From Legionellales bacterium (lineage in GTDB: Bacteria > Pseudomonadota > Gammaproteobacteria > Eutrophobiales > Eutrophobiaceae): DNA of 46,641 nucleotides. The position numbers and the translations under genes were made by a program. Under the pieces are notes generated by a model that searched no databases, was not told where the DNA came from, and saw nothing but the letters and a program-made list of their open reading frames with translations. The DNA lies in the NCBI GenBank assembly GCA_002721165.1, contig PBJS01000009.1, positions 70,124-116,764 on the forward strand, in the 5' to 3' direction. Shown piece by piece: positions 30,408-40,810 of the stretch (position 1 is the first letter of the stretch; every line of letters begins with the position of its first letter).

Positions 30408-31111
30408 GTCTAAAAGAAAAAGAGAATCATATTTCGGAAAGTCTTTCAGAGAATTTAGTTACTGATTATCTAAAAAATAACCCAAATTTTTTTGTTGAAA
30501 ATCCTTTAATTCTAACCGAATTAAAAATACCTCATGAGAGTGGAACTGCAATTTCACTTGTTGAAAAACAATTAGCTGTGCTTCGCGATCAAAATGAAGA
30601 GACTAATCAAAGGATATGTGAACTTATAGAAATAGCACGTAATAATGAAAAACTTGCTCGTCGCATGCATCAATTAGCGCTTACTTTAATAGATGCTAAT
30701 AATCCAAAAGATGTTTTCACAGCATTGTATGAAAATTTGAAGAAAAATTTTCATGCTGATAGTGTTGTTGTACGATTATTTGCCGATCCTATATTTATAG
30801 ATCCTCCTCGTGTAGAAGAATTTGTAGGTAAAAGTTCTGAAGATGAATCGTTATTTAAGAATATTATTGAAAGTCGGGAACCACAAAGCGGAAAAATAAA
30901 TCGACAACAAGAAGTATTTTTGTTTGGCGATAAAAAAAATGATATCGCATCATCTGTAATAATACCTTTACATGGCTTCAGGTGGACTGGCGTACTTGCT
31001 ATTGGAAGTTTTGATGCCGAATATTTTAAACCGGGAATGGGCATTGAATTGCTAGCTAATCTAGGTGAAATTTTAAGTTTTATTATAAAACCATGGGTTG
31101 AGAAAAAATAA
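30404..31111 (+). CDS. DUF484 (YigA) family protein
   Basis: YL..NP.FF, IPH..G.AISLVEKQ...LR, A..N, M.T..L; position between dapF and xerC. Confidence 0.88.
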   Translation: MSLKEKENHISESLSENLVTDYLKNNPNFFVENPLILTELKIPHESGTAISLVEKQLAVLRDQNEETNQRICELIEIARNNEKLARRMHQLALTLIDANNPKDVFTALYENLKKNFHADSVVVRLFADPIFIDPPRVEEFVGKSSEDESLFKNIIESREPQSGKINRQQEVFLFGDKKNDIASSVIIPLHGFRWTGVLAIGSFDAEYFKPGMGIELLANLGEILSFIIKPWVEKK

Positions 31112-31119
31112 ATATTTTT

Positions 31120-32031
31120 ATGCATTCATCGGAAATACAATTACTCAATTCTTTTGAAGAGACATTACACTATCTATCAAAATATACTCGCGATGCTTAT
31201 CATCGAGATTTGAATTATTTACAAAATTACTGCACTAAAAAAAATATAAAAAAATGGTCTAATCTTAAAAGTCAACAATTAAGAGATTTCATATCTGATA
31301 GACATCGAAAAGGTATTTCAGGGCGAACGTTACAAAGGAATCTATCCTCAATTAGAACTTTCTATCGATATTTATGTAAGATTGATGTGGTAAGTATAAA
31401 TCCTGCGGAAGGAATAATTACTCCAAAGTCAGCTAGAAAACTACCAAAATTATTAGACGTTGATCAGACTTTTCAATTATTGGAAATTAAAGAAAATGAT
31501 GTATTAGCAATACGCGACAAAGCAATAATTGAACTAATTTATTCATCTGGATTGCGCTTGACCGAAGTTATAAGTTTGAATATTGACGATATTGATTCCA
31601 TAGATCGAGTTTTAACTGTTATTGGCAAAGGAAAAAAAGCACGCAACCTCCCAATAGGTAAATTCGCCATTCAGGCAATAGATGACTGGCTTAAAAGCAG
31701 GCAACAATTAGTAAAAAACAATAAAGAAAGAGCTCTTTTTATTAGTAATAGGGGTAGCCGTATTAGTCCTAGATCAGTGCAAGAACGCATTAAAAGATGG
31801 GCAGTAAAGCAAGGCTTGTCAGGCAACGTTCATCCTCATATGTTAAGACATTCATTTGCCAGTCACATTTTAGAGTCTAGTGGTGATTTACGTGCTGTAC
31901 AGGAACTATTGGGGCATGCGGATATTAGTACAACACAGGTTTATACTCACTTGGATTTCCAGCATTTGGCTCAGGTTTATGATAAAACACACCCACGCGC
32001 GCGTAAAAATCAGATTAAGGAAAATAAATAA
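31120..32031 (+). CDS. xerC: Tyrosine recombinase XerC
   Basis: ELIYSSGLR, GKG.K.R, HPHMLRHSFASH.LESSGDLRAVQELLGH, TQVYTHLDFQHL...YD..HPRA; dapF-DUF484-xerC order marks the housekeeping copy. Confidence 0.94.
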   Translation: MHSSEIQLLNSFEETLHYLSKYTRDAYHRDLNYLQNYCTKKNIKKWSNLKSQQLRDFISDRHRKGISGRTLQRNLSSIRTFYRYLCKIDVVSINPAEGIITPKSARKLPKLLDVDQTFQLLEIKENDVLAIRDKAIIELIYSSGLRLTEVISLNIDDIDSIDRVLTVIGKGKKARNLPIGKFAIQAIDDWLKSRQQLVKNNKERALFISNRGSRISPRSVQERIKRWAVKQGLSGNVHPHMLRHSFASHILESSGDLRAVQELLGHADISTTQVYTHLDFQHLAQVYDKTHPRARKNQIKENK

Positions 32032-32148
32032 TATATAAAGGCCTGTTTAACTTAAGTCTAAATTTAGGCTCATGTACAATTACAGTTATTCATACATTTT
32101 ACGAAGTCTTCTAAAAAATAATAAAAATATTAATTAGTTTAAAGCATA

Positions 32149-32523
32149 ATGACTGAAAGTAATTTACATCCATTAACTATATCTCTACATAAGCAGTCTA
32201 AATTTCTTGAAATTGTTTATGATGATGGGGCTAGTTTTAAACTACCGTGTGAATACTTACGTGTTTTTTCACCATCAGCGGATGTAAAGGGTCATGGTCC
32301 TGGGCAAGAAGTTTTACAGATAGGTAAAGAGACTGTGAATATTAGTAAAATTGAACCGGTTGGTAATTATGCTGTTCGTCTTGTATTTGATGATGGACAT
32401 GAAACAGGTTTATATACATGGGATTATTTATATGAACTTGGAGAAAATCATAAAAGTAATTGGGAAAACTATCTTCTTGCACTGAATAAATCAGGGTATA
32501 AACGTCAAAAAAATGATAAATAA
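32149..32523 (+). CDS. DUF971 (gamma-butyrobetaine hydroxylase-like N-terminal domain) protein
   Basis: EYLRVFSPSADVKGHG, VGNYAV...FDDGH.TGLY.W.YL. Confidence 0.9.
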   Translation: MTESNLHPLTISLHKQSKFLEIVYDDGASFKLPCEYLRVFSPSADVKGHGPGQEVLQIGKETVNISKIEPVGNYAVRLVFDDGHETGLYTWDYLYELGENHKSNWENYLLALNKSGYKRQKNDK

Positions 32524-33259
32524 AAAAACAGATTTTGGATATGAGAAAATTCTTCTAGAAGAAAAAACTAATCGTGTTTATGAAGTTTTTTCATCGGTTT
32601 CTGATGAATATGATTTGATGAACGATCTCATGTCATTTGGTGTACATAGATTATGGAAACGTTTTGCTGTAAATATTGGTGGTATTAGAAAAAATTCTCG
32701 AGTTCTTGATTTAGCTAGCGGCACTTGCGATCTTACAAAGCTAGTTTACGAGAAATTAGGAAAAGATGGGCATGTTATCTCATGCGATATAAATGAAAAT
32801 ATGTTGTACCACGGCAGAGATAATCTCATTAACAGAGGGGTGATCAAAGGTATAGATTATGTTAGAGCAAATGCGGAAAACTTGCCATTCAAAGATAATA
32901 GTTTTGATTACATAATAATTGCCTTTGGACTTAGAAATATGACTGATAAGAATACTGCTCTAGAATCAATGTATAAAAAACTCAAATATGGTTCGCAATT
33001 AATTATCTTGGAATTTTCTAAAGTTACAATTCCATTTATAGATAAGCTTTATGAAAAATATGCTTTTAATTTTATTCCTAAACTTGGTAAAGCTGTTGCA
33101 AATGATGAAAAAAGTTATAGATATTTAGTAGAGTCTATCCGCGTGCATCCTAGCCAAAAGAAATTAGTTTCAATGATGGATGAAGTCGGGTTTAAAAATA
33201 TTAAGTATTATAATCTTTTGAGCGGTATAGCTGCTGTTCATCAAGGGTATAAAATTTAG
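32513..33259 (+). CDS. ubiE: Ubiquinone/menaquinone C-methyltransferase
   Basis: YDLMND.MS.G.HRLWK, VLDLA.GT.D, NAE.LPF.DNSFD, FGLRN, YL.ESI. Confidence 0.95.
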   Translation: MINKKTDFGYEKILLEEKTNRVYEVFSSVSDEYDLMNDLMSFGVHRLWKRFAVNIGGIRKNSRVLDLASGTCDLTKLVYEKLGKDGHVISCDINENMLYHGRDNLINRGVIKGIDYVRANAENLPFKDNSFDYIIIAFGLRNMTDKNTALESMYKKLKYGSQLIILEFSKVTIPFIDKLYEKYAFNFIPKLGKAVANDEKSYRYLVESIRVHPSQKKLVSMMDEVGFKNIKYYNLLSGIAAVHQGYKI

Positions 33260-33273
33260 TTTTTGAGTAAATA

Positions 33274-33894
33274 ATGGAATTCTGGATTAGCAAATTTGAG
33301 AAATGTATTAACAAGATATTAAGTCTTGATAAAGAAACTTGTTACGAATTGGGTAAGTTTGATAATCAAGTTATTGCTTTTGAGTTTGAGAATACGCAAA
33401 CGAAAATATATATTACTCCCTCTGCAAATGGATTAAGTATTGATGATGAATGCAGCAAAGATCCGGATGTACTAATAAAAAGCACACCTATTAATTTTAT
33501 AAGATTATTACTATCTTCAAAAACAAAAACACCAGATATTCCTATTGATATGCAGGTAGTAGGAGATATCAATCTAGCTCGAGATTTCCAAAAGGTAATG
33601 AGTAATTTACAAACAGATTTTGAAGAACCACTATCTAGAATATTAGGGGATACACTTGCATTTCAAATTGGTAATTTTTTACGTAAAGCTGAAGGTTTTA
33701 CATCCAACATAACTGAGAAAATGATACTAGACATTAGCGAATATTTGCGCTTTGAAATTGAAATGTTACCGGATGAATTATTAGTGGATGAATTTAGTAA
33801 AGAGGTTGATTCTCTTCGAGACGAGACAGAATTGATCTCAAAAAGAGTTGAAAAACTCAACCATTTTTTAATGAATAATGAGAGTAATAATTAA
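33274..33894 (+). CDS. ubiJ: Ubiquinone biosynthesis accessory factor UbiJ (SCP2 domain)
   Basis: SCP2-like N-terminal half, GD...A..FQ, D.EE.LS...GD, EY...E; between ubiE and ubiB. Confidence 0.85.
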   Translation: MEFWISKFEKCINKILSLDKETCYELGKFDNQVIAFEFENTQTKIYITPSANGLSIDDECSKDPDVLIKSTPINFIRLLLSSKTKTPDIPIDMQVVGDINLARDFQKVMSNLQTDFEEPLSRILGDTLAFQIGNFLRKAEGFTSNITEKMILDISEYLRFEIEMLPDELLVDEFSKEVDSLRDETELISKRVEKLNHFLMNNESNN

Positions 33895-33897
33895 CTC

Positions 33898-35556
33898 ATG
33901 CCACAGTTTTTACGTTTATTAGTAATACAGAGAGTATTGATTTCTCACGGTCTCGATGAGATTATTTTCGCAACACATTTATTAAGACCCGTTCGCTTTA
34001 TTTTTTATATCTTACCTTGGAATTGGTTTAATAAGCATAAGGAAAAAAGAGCAGTTAGAATTCGCTTGATGCTTGAAGAATTAGGTCCTATATATGTCAA
34101 ATTAGGACAAATACTATCAACTCGTCGTGATCTAATTCCAAAGGATATCGCTGATGAATTTGCTAAATTACAGGATAACGTTGCTCCGTTTTCAGGGAAA
34201 ATTGCTAGAGAAATTATAGAAGATGCTTATGGGCGCAACATTAATGATATTTTCTCAAAATTTGATGAAACACCATTAGCTTCAGCATCTGTTGCTCAAG
34301 TACATAGCGCAACACTTAAAGACGGGCGTAAGTTCATCATTAAAGTGATACGACCAGGCATCGAATCACTAATTCGAAAAGATTTAGATTTGTTACATCT
34401 TTTGGCTAAAAAAGCAGAAAAATATAATAAAAATGCGAAATCTTTAAAATTTACAGGAGTTATAAAAGAATTTGAGAAGACAATATTCAATGAATTGGAT
34501 TTACAAAGGGAGGCTTCAAATGCTTCTCAATTGCACCGTAATTTTGTAAATGAAAAAAGATATCATGTACCAAAAATTGATTGGGAATTAACAAAAAGAA
34601 ATGTGCTCGCAATTGAACGAGTTGAAGGGATTCCAATACGTGATATTAATGCACTAAAAGCTGCTGATATTGACTTAAAATGTCTAGCAGAATATGGCGT
34701 TGAAATATTTTTTACTCAGGTATTCAGAGATAATTTTTTTCATGCAGATATGCACCCTGGGAATATTTTTGTTGTTCCAGGAGAAAAAAAGGAATTGCCA
34801 ATCATCAAGGTTATCGATTTTGGTATTATGTGTTCATTAACTGAGTTTGATCAGCACTATCTTGCTGACAATTTAGTTGCATTTTTAAATCGTGATTATC
34901 ATAGAGTTGCTGTATTACATATACAGTCTGGCTGGGTTCCTAAAGAAACACGTGCCGATGAATTAGAAGGTGCTATTAGAACCGTGTGTGAACCACTGAT
35001 AGATAGACCTATTCATGAAATTTCTTTGGGTGAGTTGTTACAGAGACTTTTCCAAATTGCGCGTAGGTTTGATGTAGAGATCATGCCACAATTGATTTTG
35101 TTACAAAAAACAATCATAAATATTGAAGGAATTGGGAGACAACTTTATCCCCAACTTAATTTATGGGAAACAGCTCGACCGGAGATGGAGCGATGGATGA
35201 GTGAGCGTATGGGAGTAAAAGGGTTTGTGAAGAGCGCGATGCTAAACTTACCAAGACTAATTGAACGTTTACCAGAATTTCCAAATAGGACGATAGATTT
35301 GATTGATAAATTATATGATGGAAAGATAGAAATGGAAAACAAGTCAAATGAAATACGTAAACTACGAAAGGAGATGAAAACGTATAACCGCAAAACAATT
35401 GTTTCAGTAATTGGCTCCGGACTTATTTTATCAGCAACAATTATTTATGCTTTGAATAACACAACTCATGGCGAAATTATTTCTATTCCGCTTGCTTCAT
35501 GGATATTAGGGGTACTTGGATTAGTTCTCATTTATTTTTCATGGAAAGACAAGTAG
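33898..35556 (+). CDS. ubiB: Ubiquinone biosynthesis kinase-like protein UbiB
   Basis: LGP.YVKLGQ.LSTR.D, PLASAS.AQVH, KV.RP, FFHADMHPGN, DFG, LLQKT....EG.GR.LYP. Confidence 0.95.
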   Translation: MPQFLRLLVIQRVLISHGLDEIIFATHLLRPVRFIFYILPWNWFNKHKEKRAVRIRLMLEELGPIYVKLGQILSTRRDLIPKDIADEFAKLQDNVAPFSGKIAREIIEDAYGRNINDIFSKFDETPLASASVAQVHSATLKDGRKFIIKVIRPGIESLIRKDLDLLHLLAKKAEKYNKNAKSLKFTGVIKEFEKTIFNELDLQREASNASQLHRNFVNEKRYHVPKIDWELTKRNVLAIERVEGIPIRDINALKAADIDLKCLAEYGVEIFFTQVFRDNFFHADMHPGNIFVVPGEKKELPIIKVIDFGIMCSLTEFDQHYLADNLVAFLNRDYHRVAVLHIQSGWVPKETRADELEGAIRTVCEPLIDRPIHEISLGELLQRLFQIARRFDVEIMPQLILLQKTIINIEGIGRQLYPQLNLWETARPEMERWMSERMGVKGFVKSAMLNLPRLIERLPEFPNRTIDLIDKLYDGKIEMENKSNEIRKLRKEMKTYNRKTIVSVIGSGLILSATIIYALNNTTHGEIISIPLASWILGVLGLVLIYFSWKDK

Positions 35557-35567
35557 CTGCTATTGAT

Positions 35568-36335
35568 CTATTGATTTTTTATTTCTACTAGTGTTTTAAT
35601 ACTAACTAGTTTTACACCATATTTATCAATATCATCTAAAAATTTCTTAAGTATTTCAATAGTATTAAAATGAGGATGTGCAATAGCTAGTGCTGTCCCT
35701 TCTTTTTTTGCAATTTCGATCAGCTCGTAAAATTTACTAGTTATATAGTCTAAATCTTTTTTATTATCAAGAAATATATCTCTAGACAAAAAAGGAATTT
35801 TATTTTTCTCTGCTATTTCCCACGCTACGCTACTTGTGCTTGTCAAACTATCAACATAAATATATTCATTTTCTTTTATTACATTCATAAGCCACTGCAT
35901 ATGACCGGGGTGACGTGTTAATAAGCTACCCATATGATTATTTACCCCGATTATATTTGAAACAGAACTCATATTTTTTTCTAATGTTTTTACAAATTCC
36001 TTATGTGTCATATTTAATGTTAATGCTCCTGGCCCGAGCAGTTCATTATTTTTATATGCTTGCATAGGCTGATGTAAAAGAATTTCTTTTCCATTTTTGG
36101 ATGCAATTGATACCATCTTTTTTGTATAGGGAGCATGGGGGAGAATTGCATAAGCAACTGGTCCAGGTAATGACAGTGCGAGTAAATCCTCTTTTTGTCT
36201 ATAACCGAGATCATCAATAATGATAGAAATAGAAGGTTTGCTTACTGAGTCAGAATATACGAGTGCTGGGAATAAACTTATCAAAAAAAGAAATAATAAG
36301 TGAATATATTTCACCGATATAAGATAAGAATACAC
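35568..36335 (-). CDS. Divergent polysaccharide deacetylase family protein (YibQ-like)
   Basis: IIIDDLGY, LHQPM, GVNNHMGS, VDS.T, RDIFLDN, AIAHPH; downstream of ctpA. Confidence 0.9.
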   Translation of the reverse strand: MYSYLISVKYIHLLFLFLISLFPALVYSDSVSKPSISIIIDDLGYRQKEDLLALSLPGPVAYAILPHAPYTKKMVSIASKNGKEILLHQPMQAYKNNELLGPGALTLNMTHKEFVKTLEKNMSSVSNIIGVNNHMGSLLTRHPGHMQWLMNVIKENEYIYVDSLTSTSSVAWEIAEKNKIPFLSRDIFLDNKKDLDYITSKFYELIEIAKKEGTALAIAHPHFNTIEILKKFLDDIDKYGVKLVSIKTLVEIKNQ

Positions 36336-36340
36336 AAGTT

Positions 36341-37648
36341 TTATCCGGCTTTCTTAAGATGAATTGAAAGTCCTTTTAATACATTCAATGCTTCGTAGAG
36401 TTGATAATCAGTTTCTGCCAGAGATGAGTTATCAACGTTATCTTTTTTTTGATTCGAATCATTTTTAGTGACTTCACTATCGAGATGACCAGTTAAATCG
36501 GATTCTTTAATTAGTCCATTACCCATATTATTATTTTGTTTAACATCAAATTTTATATTTTTTACAATCATATCAGGTTCAATGCCAGATGCTTGTATCG
36601 AACGTCCCGAAGGCGTGTAATACCGCGCAGTTGTCAATTTTAATGCAGTTTCATCATTCATTGGAAGAATAGTTTGTACAGAGCCTTTACCAAATGTACG
36701 CTCTCCCATGATAATTGCTCTTCTATGGTCCTGTAGAGCGCCAGCAACTATCTCTGATGCAGAAGCTGAACCACCATTAACGAGTACAATAATGGGAATG
36801 TCTTTAAACATTTCACTTGGTTTAGCATTAAATTTTAATTTTGATCCTTTTACTCTTCCTTCAGTGTAAACAATTAATCCTTCGTCAAGGAATAAATCGG
36901 AAACACCAACTGCTGCATTGAGTAGACCACCAGGGTTATTTCTCAGATCTAAAACTAATCCTTTTAGCATATTATTATTTTCACTTTCTAATTTCGTAAG
37001 CGCCTTACTTAAATCATCTACTGTATGTATTTGAAAGTTTGAGATACGTATATATCCAAAAGCAGACTCTATTGTTTCAGCTTTAATGTTTTTAACTGTA
37101 ATAATGTCCCGTACTATAGTTACATTAAATGGTTTTTCTTCACCCCCTCTTAGTATAGTCAATTCAATTTCACTCCCTGGCTTACCTCTCATCATTTTAA
37201 CTGCTTCCATGAGAGAAATACCCTTAACAGATTTACCATCTAAACGAATGATCAAATCTCCCGCTTTGATCCCTGCTCGTTTTGCAGGTGTGTCATCAAT
37301 TGGGGATATCACTTTTACAAAACCATCTTCATAACCAACCTCTATTCCAAGTCCGCCAAACTCTCCTGAAGTCCCTTCCTGTAGTTCTTTATAAGAATCT
37401 TTATCTAAATATGCAGAGTGTGGATCAAGACCCTGTAGCATTCCTCTTATTGCATTTTTTAGAAGCGTGCTATCTTCAATATTTTCAACGTAGTCACTTT
37501 TAATTTTTGAAAAAATCTCTGTGAAAATCCTTATCTCATTTAAAGGCAGGGTATTAACTTCTTGTTTTTTTTCAGAGTTCGCCAGACTAAAACTGCTTGT
37601 TATAAAAAAAAACGTAATAACGTATGATATTTTTTTAAATATAGTCAT
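36341..37648 (-). CDS. ctpA: S41 carboxy-terminal processing protease
   Basis: LDPHS.Y, FGGLGIEV (PDZ), LDLRNNPGG, GSASASEIVAGALQD, TFGKGSVQ, TTA.YYTPSG. Confidence 0.93.
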   Translation of the reverse strand: MTIFKKISYVITFFFITSSFSLANSEKKQEVNTLPLNEIRIFTEIFSKIKSDYVENIEDSTLLKNAIRGMLQGLDPHSAYLDKDSYKELQEGTSGEFGGLGIEVGYEDGFVKVISPIDDTPAKRAGIKAGDLIIRLDGKSVKGISLMEAVKMMRGKPGSEIELTILRGGEEKPFNVTIVRDIITVKNIKAETIESAFGYIRISNFQIHTVDDLSKALTKLESENNNMLKGLVLDLRNNPGGLLNAAVGVSDLFLDEGLIVYTEGRVKGSKLKFNAKPSEMFKDIPIIVLVNGGSASASEIVAGALQDHRRAIIMGERTFGKGSVQTILPMNDETALKLTTARYYTPSGRSIQASGIEPDMIVKNIKFDVKQNNNMGNGLIKESDLTGHLDSEVTKNDSNQKKDNVDNSSLAETDYQLYEALNVLKGLSIHLKKAG

Positions 37649-37771
37649 ATATATAACTCCATTCGGCTATGCTCAGCGAAGTAATTTGATTTTTTACTTG
37701 ATATAGTCCTTGTTAATTTTTTTTGTTAAGCATACTAGTGATTGGGCCTTATCTACAAGCGATATTAGCGA

Positions 37772-38929
37772 CTATTTTTTACACCATAGTGATGGATTTA
37801 AGGTTTTCTTTCCTTTTCTAATTTCGAAATAAAGGGCCGAATTCTTTTGTCCTCCACTGTCACCAACAGTAGCAATTTTTTCACCGGTCTGTACAAAGTC
37901 TCCTATCGATTTCAATAATCTCTGATTATGTCCATATAAGCTTAAATAATCATTTTCGTGATCAATAATTATTAATAACCCGAAATTACGAAACCAATCA
38001 GCAAAAACAATTTTTCCTTGGCTAACAGCACTTACATGTGAACCTTGAACACTTTCAATAAGTACACCTCTCCATTTTAGACCAGTTTTTTTCTTTTTCT
38101 CTCCATATTTTTTTAACAGTTTTCCATTTATAGGCCAGATTAGCTCTCCTTTTTTTGAGCTAAATGAGAATCCCTTTTTTAATGTATCAGTCTTATTTTT
38201 TTTATGAACATTCAGTTTGTTCAGAAGCTTTACAAGTTCATGTTCGTTTTCCTTTAAAAGTAGAAGTTCAACTCCCTGTCTATCGATGTGTTTATTAATT
38301 TCTGTTATAAATTTTAGTCTATCGCCGCGGTACTTATTAAATTTGTCTAATTTAGATTTATGAGTAGTATTTAGAGATTCAAGTCTAGAGGTTTGATCCA
38401 ATATTGTTAATTGAATTTTTTCAATGTCTATTAGCGTATTTTTCAATTTTTTTATACGTTTAGAACGAGCATAATTATCGTAATCGTAATACGCTATCGC
38501 ACGAGTAATTTCTGATACATTTTGTTGATTTAATAAAAGTTTAACATAATCATACTTTCCTATTTTATACATAGTTTTTATTTGTGAAATTAATATTTTT
38601 TTCTCTATATCAATAATTTTCTGACTATCTTTTTTCTTGATTTTTAATCGCTCAAGATTATCTTTCTTTTTTAAAATGTTATTTTGAATATTTTCTAGTT
38701 GTTCTGATATTTTGGCTGCCATTAATTCATTTTTTTTTAATTCTGATTGGAATTCCTTTACTTGATCTTTAGATTTTTCGATTTCGGCATTAACATTTTC
38801 TAGACGATTTTGTATATCTTTTAATTTTTCTTTATGGTTTGACTCATTGGCAATAGCCGAGAGTGATAAAATTAGCAGAAATAGTAAAAAATATTTTTTA
38901 GTAATAATTATTCTTCTATATTGGATCAT
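37772..38929 (-). CDS. envC: Murein hydrolase activator EnvC
   Basis: Signal/TM, long coiled coil, degenerate M23 domain (WP..G, G..VFADW...FG.L.IIDH, LYFEIR). ATG 38929 used; ORF track begins at TTG 38947. Confidence 0.9.
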   Translation of the reverse strand: MIQYRRIIITKKYFLLFLLILSLSAIANESNHKEKLKDIQNRLENVNAEIEKSKDQVKEFQSELKKNELMAAKISEQLENIQNNILKKKDNLERLKIKKKDSQKIIDIEKKILISQIKTMYKIGKYDYVKLLLNQQNVSEITRAIAYYDYDNYARSKRIKKLKNTLIDIEKIQLTILDQTSRLESLNTTHKSKLDKFNKYRGDRLKFITEINKHIDRQGVELLLLKENEHELVKLLNKLNVHKKNKTDTLKKGFSFSSKKGELIWPINGKLLKKYGEKKKKTGLKWRGVLIESVQGSHVSAVSQGKIVFADWFRNFGLLIIIDHENDYLSLYGHNQRLLKSIGDFVQTGEKIATVGDSGGQKNSALYFEIRKGKKTLNPSLWCKK

Positions 38930-38936
38930 AGAAAAT

Positions 38937-40526
38937 TTATTTTCCAATGATTGCAGGCGCTTTATCTTCTGAAAGTTTAATGAGTGATTTACCAGTCATT
39001 TCTTTGGGTTGTGCAATATTCATGATAGTTAGAAGTGTTGGCGCAACATCTGATAATGATCCAGTTCCTGGCAAAAACTTTGCTGGCCTACCAATGTAAA
39101 TTAAGGGTACTAAATTACTTGTATGAGCGGTATGCGCTTGTGATTTAATTTTTTCAGTTGTATATGATTTTATTTGTTCAGCATTTCCATGATCTGCAGT
39201 TATTAGAATCTCACCACCTACTTTTCGTGTAGATTCAATAATTTTACCTAAACACTTATCTATTGCCTCTATTGCTGTAATCGTTGCTTTAAAGTTACCG
39301 GTATGGCCAACCATATCAGCATTAGCAAAGTTACATATTATTGAATCATATTTGCGGCTATTAATTGACTTTACTATATGGTCAGTAATTTTTTCAGCAC
39401 TCATTTCAGGAGCGAGATCATAAGTACGAACATGAGGGGACGGGACTAAGACACGATCTTCGCCATCAAATGCACTTTCGTCGCCGCCATTAAAAAAGAA
39501 TGTGACATGCGCATATTTTTCAGTTTCAGCAATACGTAATTGTTTTAAGCCAAGACCTGAAATATATTTTCCAAACACATTGGGCAAGGAAACCGAGGGA
39601 AATGCTACTGGAAATTCATACTCTGCTTTGTAAGATGTTAAACTTATAAAGGCTGATAGTTTTGGCATCCTTTCTCGTTCAAATGCAACAAATGTAGGTT
39701 TAGTAAATGATCTCGCTAATTGTCGTGCGCGATCAGCTCGATAGTTAGCAAATATAACAACATCATCATCTTCAACAATGACCGGGGGTTTGCCGCCCTG
39801 GGTGATTGCAGTTGGAGATATAAATTCATCTGATTCGCCTCTAGCGTAGGCCATATCAATGGCAATAAATGGATCATTTGATCTGTAGTCAGACTTTCCT
39901 TGGCTAATGAGATCATATGCAAATTTTGTTCTGTCCCAATGTTTATTTCTATCCATCGCATAATAGCGGCCAATCAAAGTAGCAATGCGACCAACATTCA
40001 ATTCTTTGATTTTTATTTGAACTTTATGTATTGATTCTATTGCACTCTTTGGAGATGTATCTCTTCCATCAAGAAATGCATGAAGATATAATTTTTTTAC
40101 CTTACACCTATTTGCTAGTTCCATTAATGCAAAAATATGATCTTCATGACTATGGACACCTCCAGCAGATAAAAGGCCAAGCAAGTGAACAGCTTTATTA
40201 TTTTTTGCCGCAAAAATAAATGCATCATTGAGTATTTTATTCTCATAGAATGTGCCATCTTTGATGGCTCGAGTTATCCGGGTGAATTCTTGATCTACTA
40301 CACGTCCGGCTCCAATATTCATATGCCCAACTTCTGAATTACCCATTTGTGATGCGGGTAAGCCCACATCAAGCCCAGATGCACTTATTAATGTGTGTGG
40401 GTATTGGTCCCAGATTTGGTCCCAGTTTGGCTTATGAGCAGAATAAATTGCATTGTAATCGGTATTATCCGTATGCCCCCAGCCATCAAGGATTATTAGA
40501 ATGGTCGGTTTATGTACTAGTTGCAT
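38937..40526 (-). CDS. gpmI: 2,3-bisphosphoglycerate-independent phosphoglycerate mutase
   Basis: LIILDGWG, QMGNSEVGH, GGVHSH, DGRD, GRYYAMDR, AETEKYAHVTFFFNGG, NFAN.DMVGH, TADHGN. Confidence 0.97.
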   Translation of the reverse strand: MQLVHKPTILIILDGWGHTDNTDYNAIYSAHKPNWDQIWDQYPHTLISASGLDVGLPASQMGNSEVGHMNIGAGRVVDQEFTRITRAIKDGTFYENKILNDAFIFAAKNNKAVHLLGLLSAGGVHSHEDHIFALMELANRCKVKKLYLHAFLDGRDTSPKSAIESIHKVQIKIKELNVGRIATLIGRYYAMDRNKHWDRTKFAYDLISQGKSDYRSNDPFIAIDMAYARGESDEFISPTAITQGGKPPVIVEDDDVVIFANYRADRARQLARSFTKPTFVAFERERMPKLSAFISLTSYKAEYEFPVAFPSVSLPNVFGKYISGLGLKQLRIAETEKYAHVTFFFNGGDESAFDGEDRVLVPSPHVRTYDLAPEMSAEKITDHIVKSINSRKYDSIICNFANADMVGHTGNFKATITAIEAIDKCLGKIIESTRKVGGEILITADHGNAEQIKSYTTEKIKSQAHTAHTSNLVPLIYIGRPAKFLPGTGSLSDVAPTLLTIMNIAQPKEMTGKSLIKLSEDKAPAIIGK

Positions 40527-40810
40527 CACTAATATTGGGCATCACTTACGGAAATGCAGAAGAATATTGGACCGTTTAAATTTTTTTGCAATTTTAATCT
40601 GCAATAAATATATAATCGAAGTTGTTGGTTAATTTAAGCAAAATTCTCGTTAGGCTTTGAGTTTCAAAGACTTTTGTGAATATTAACATGAAATTATTGA
40701 ATACAACACGTTAAATAACACGGTTATTTATCCAATTTCAATGGTTTTTTGGCTGTCAGATATGACGTATTATCGTCGTTATTTAAACTCAACAATAAGA
40801 GAATAGTTAA

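Noticed and set aside
31120-32031. Tyrosine recombinase as a marker of a mobile element
   Set aside because: Sequence signature (ESSGDLRAVQELLGH, HLDFQHL) and dapF-DUF484 context identify housekeeping XerC; no att sites or cargo seen.
40404-40425. Short direct repeat TTGGTCCCAG in gpmI
   Set aside because: Reflects the peptide NWDQIWDQ; no independent significance.
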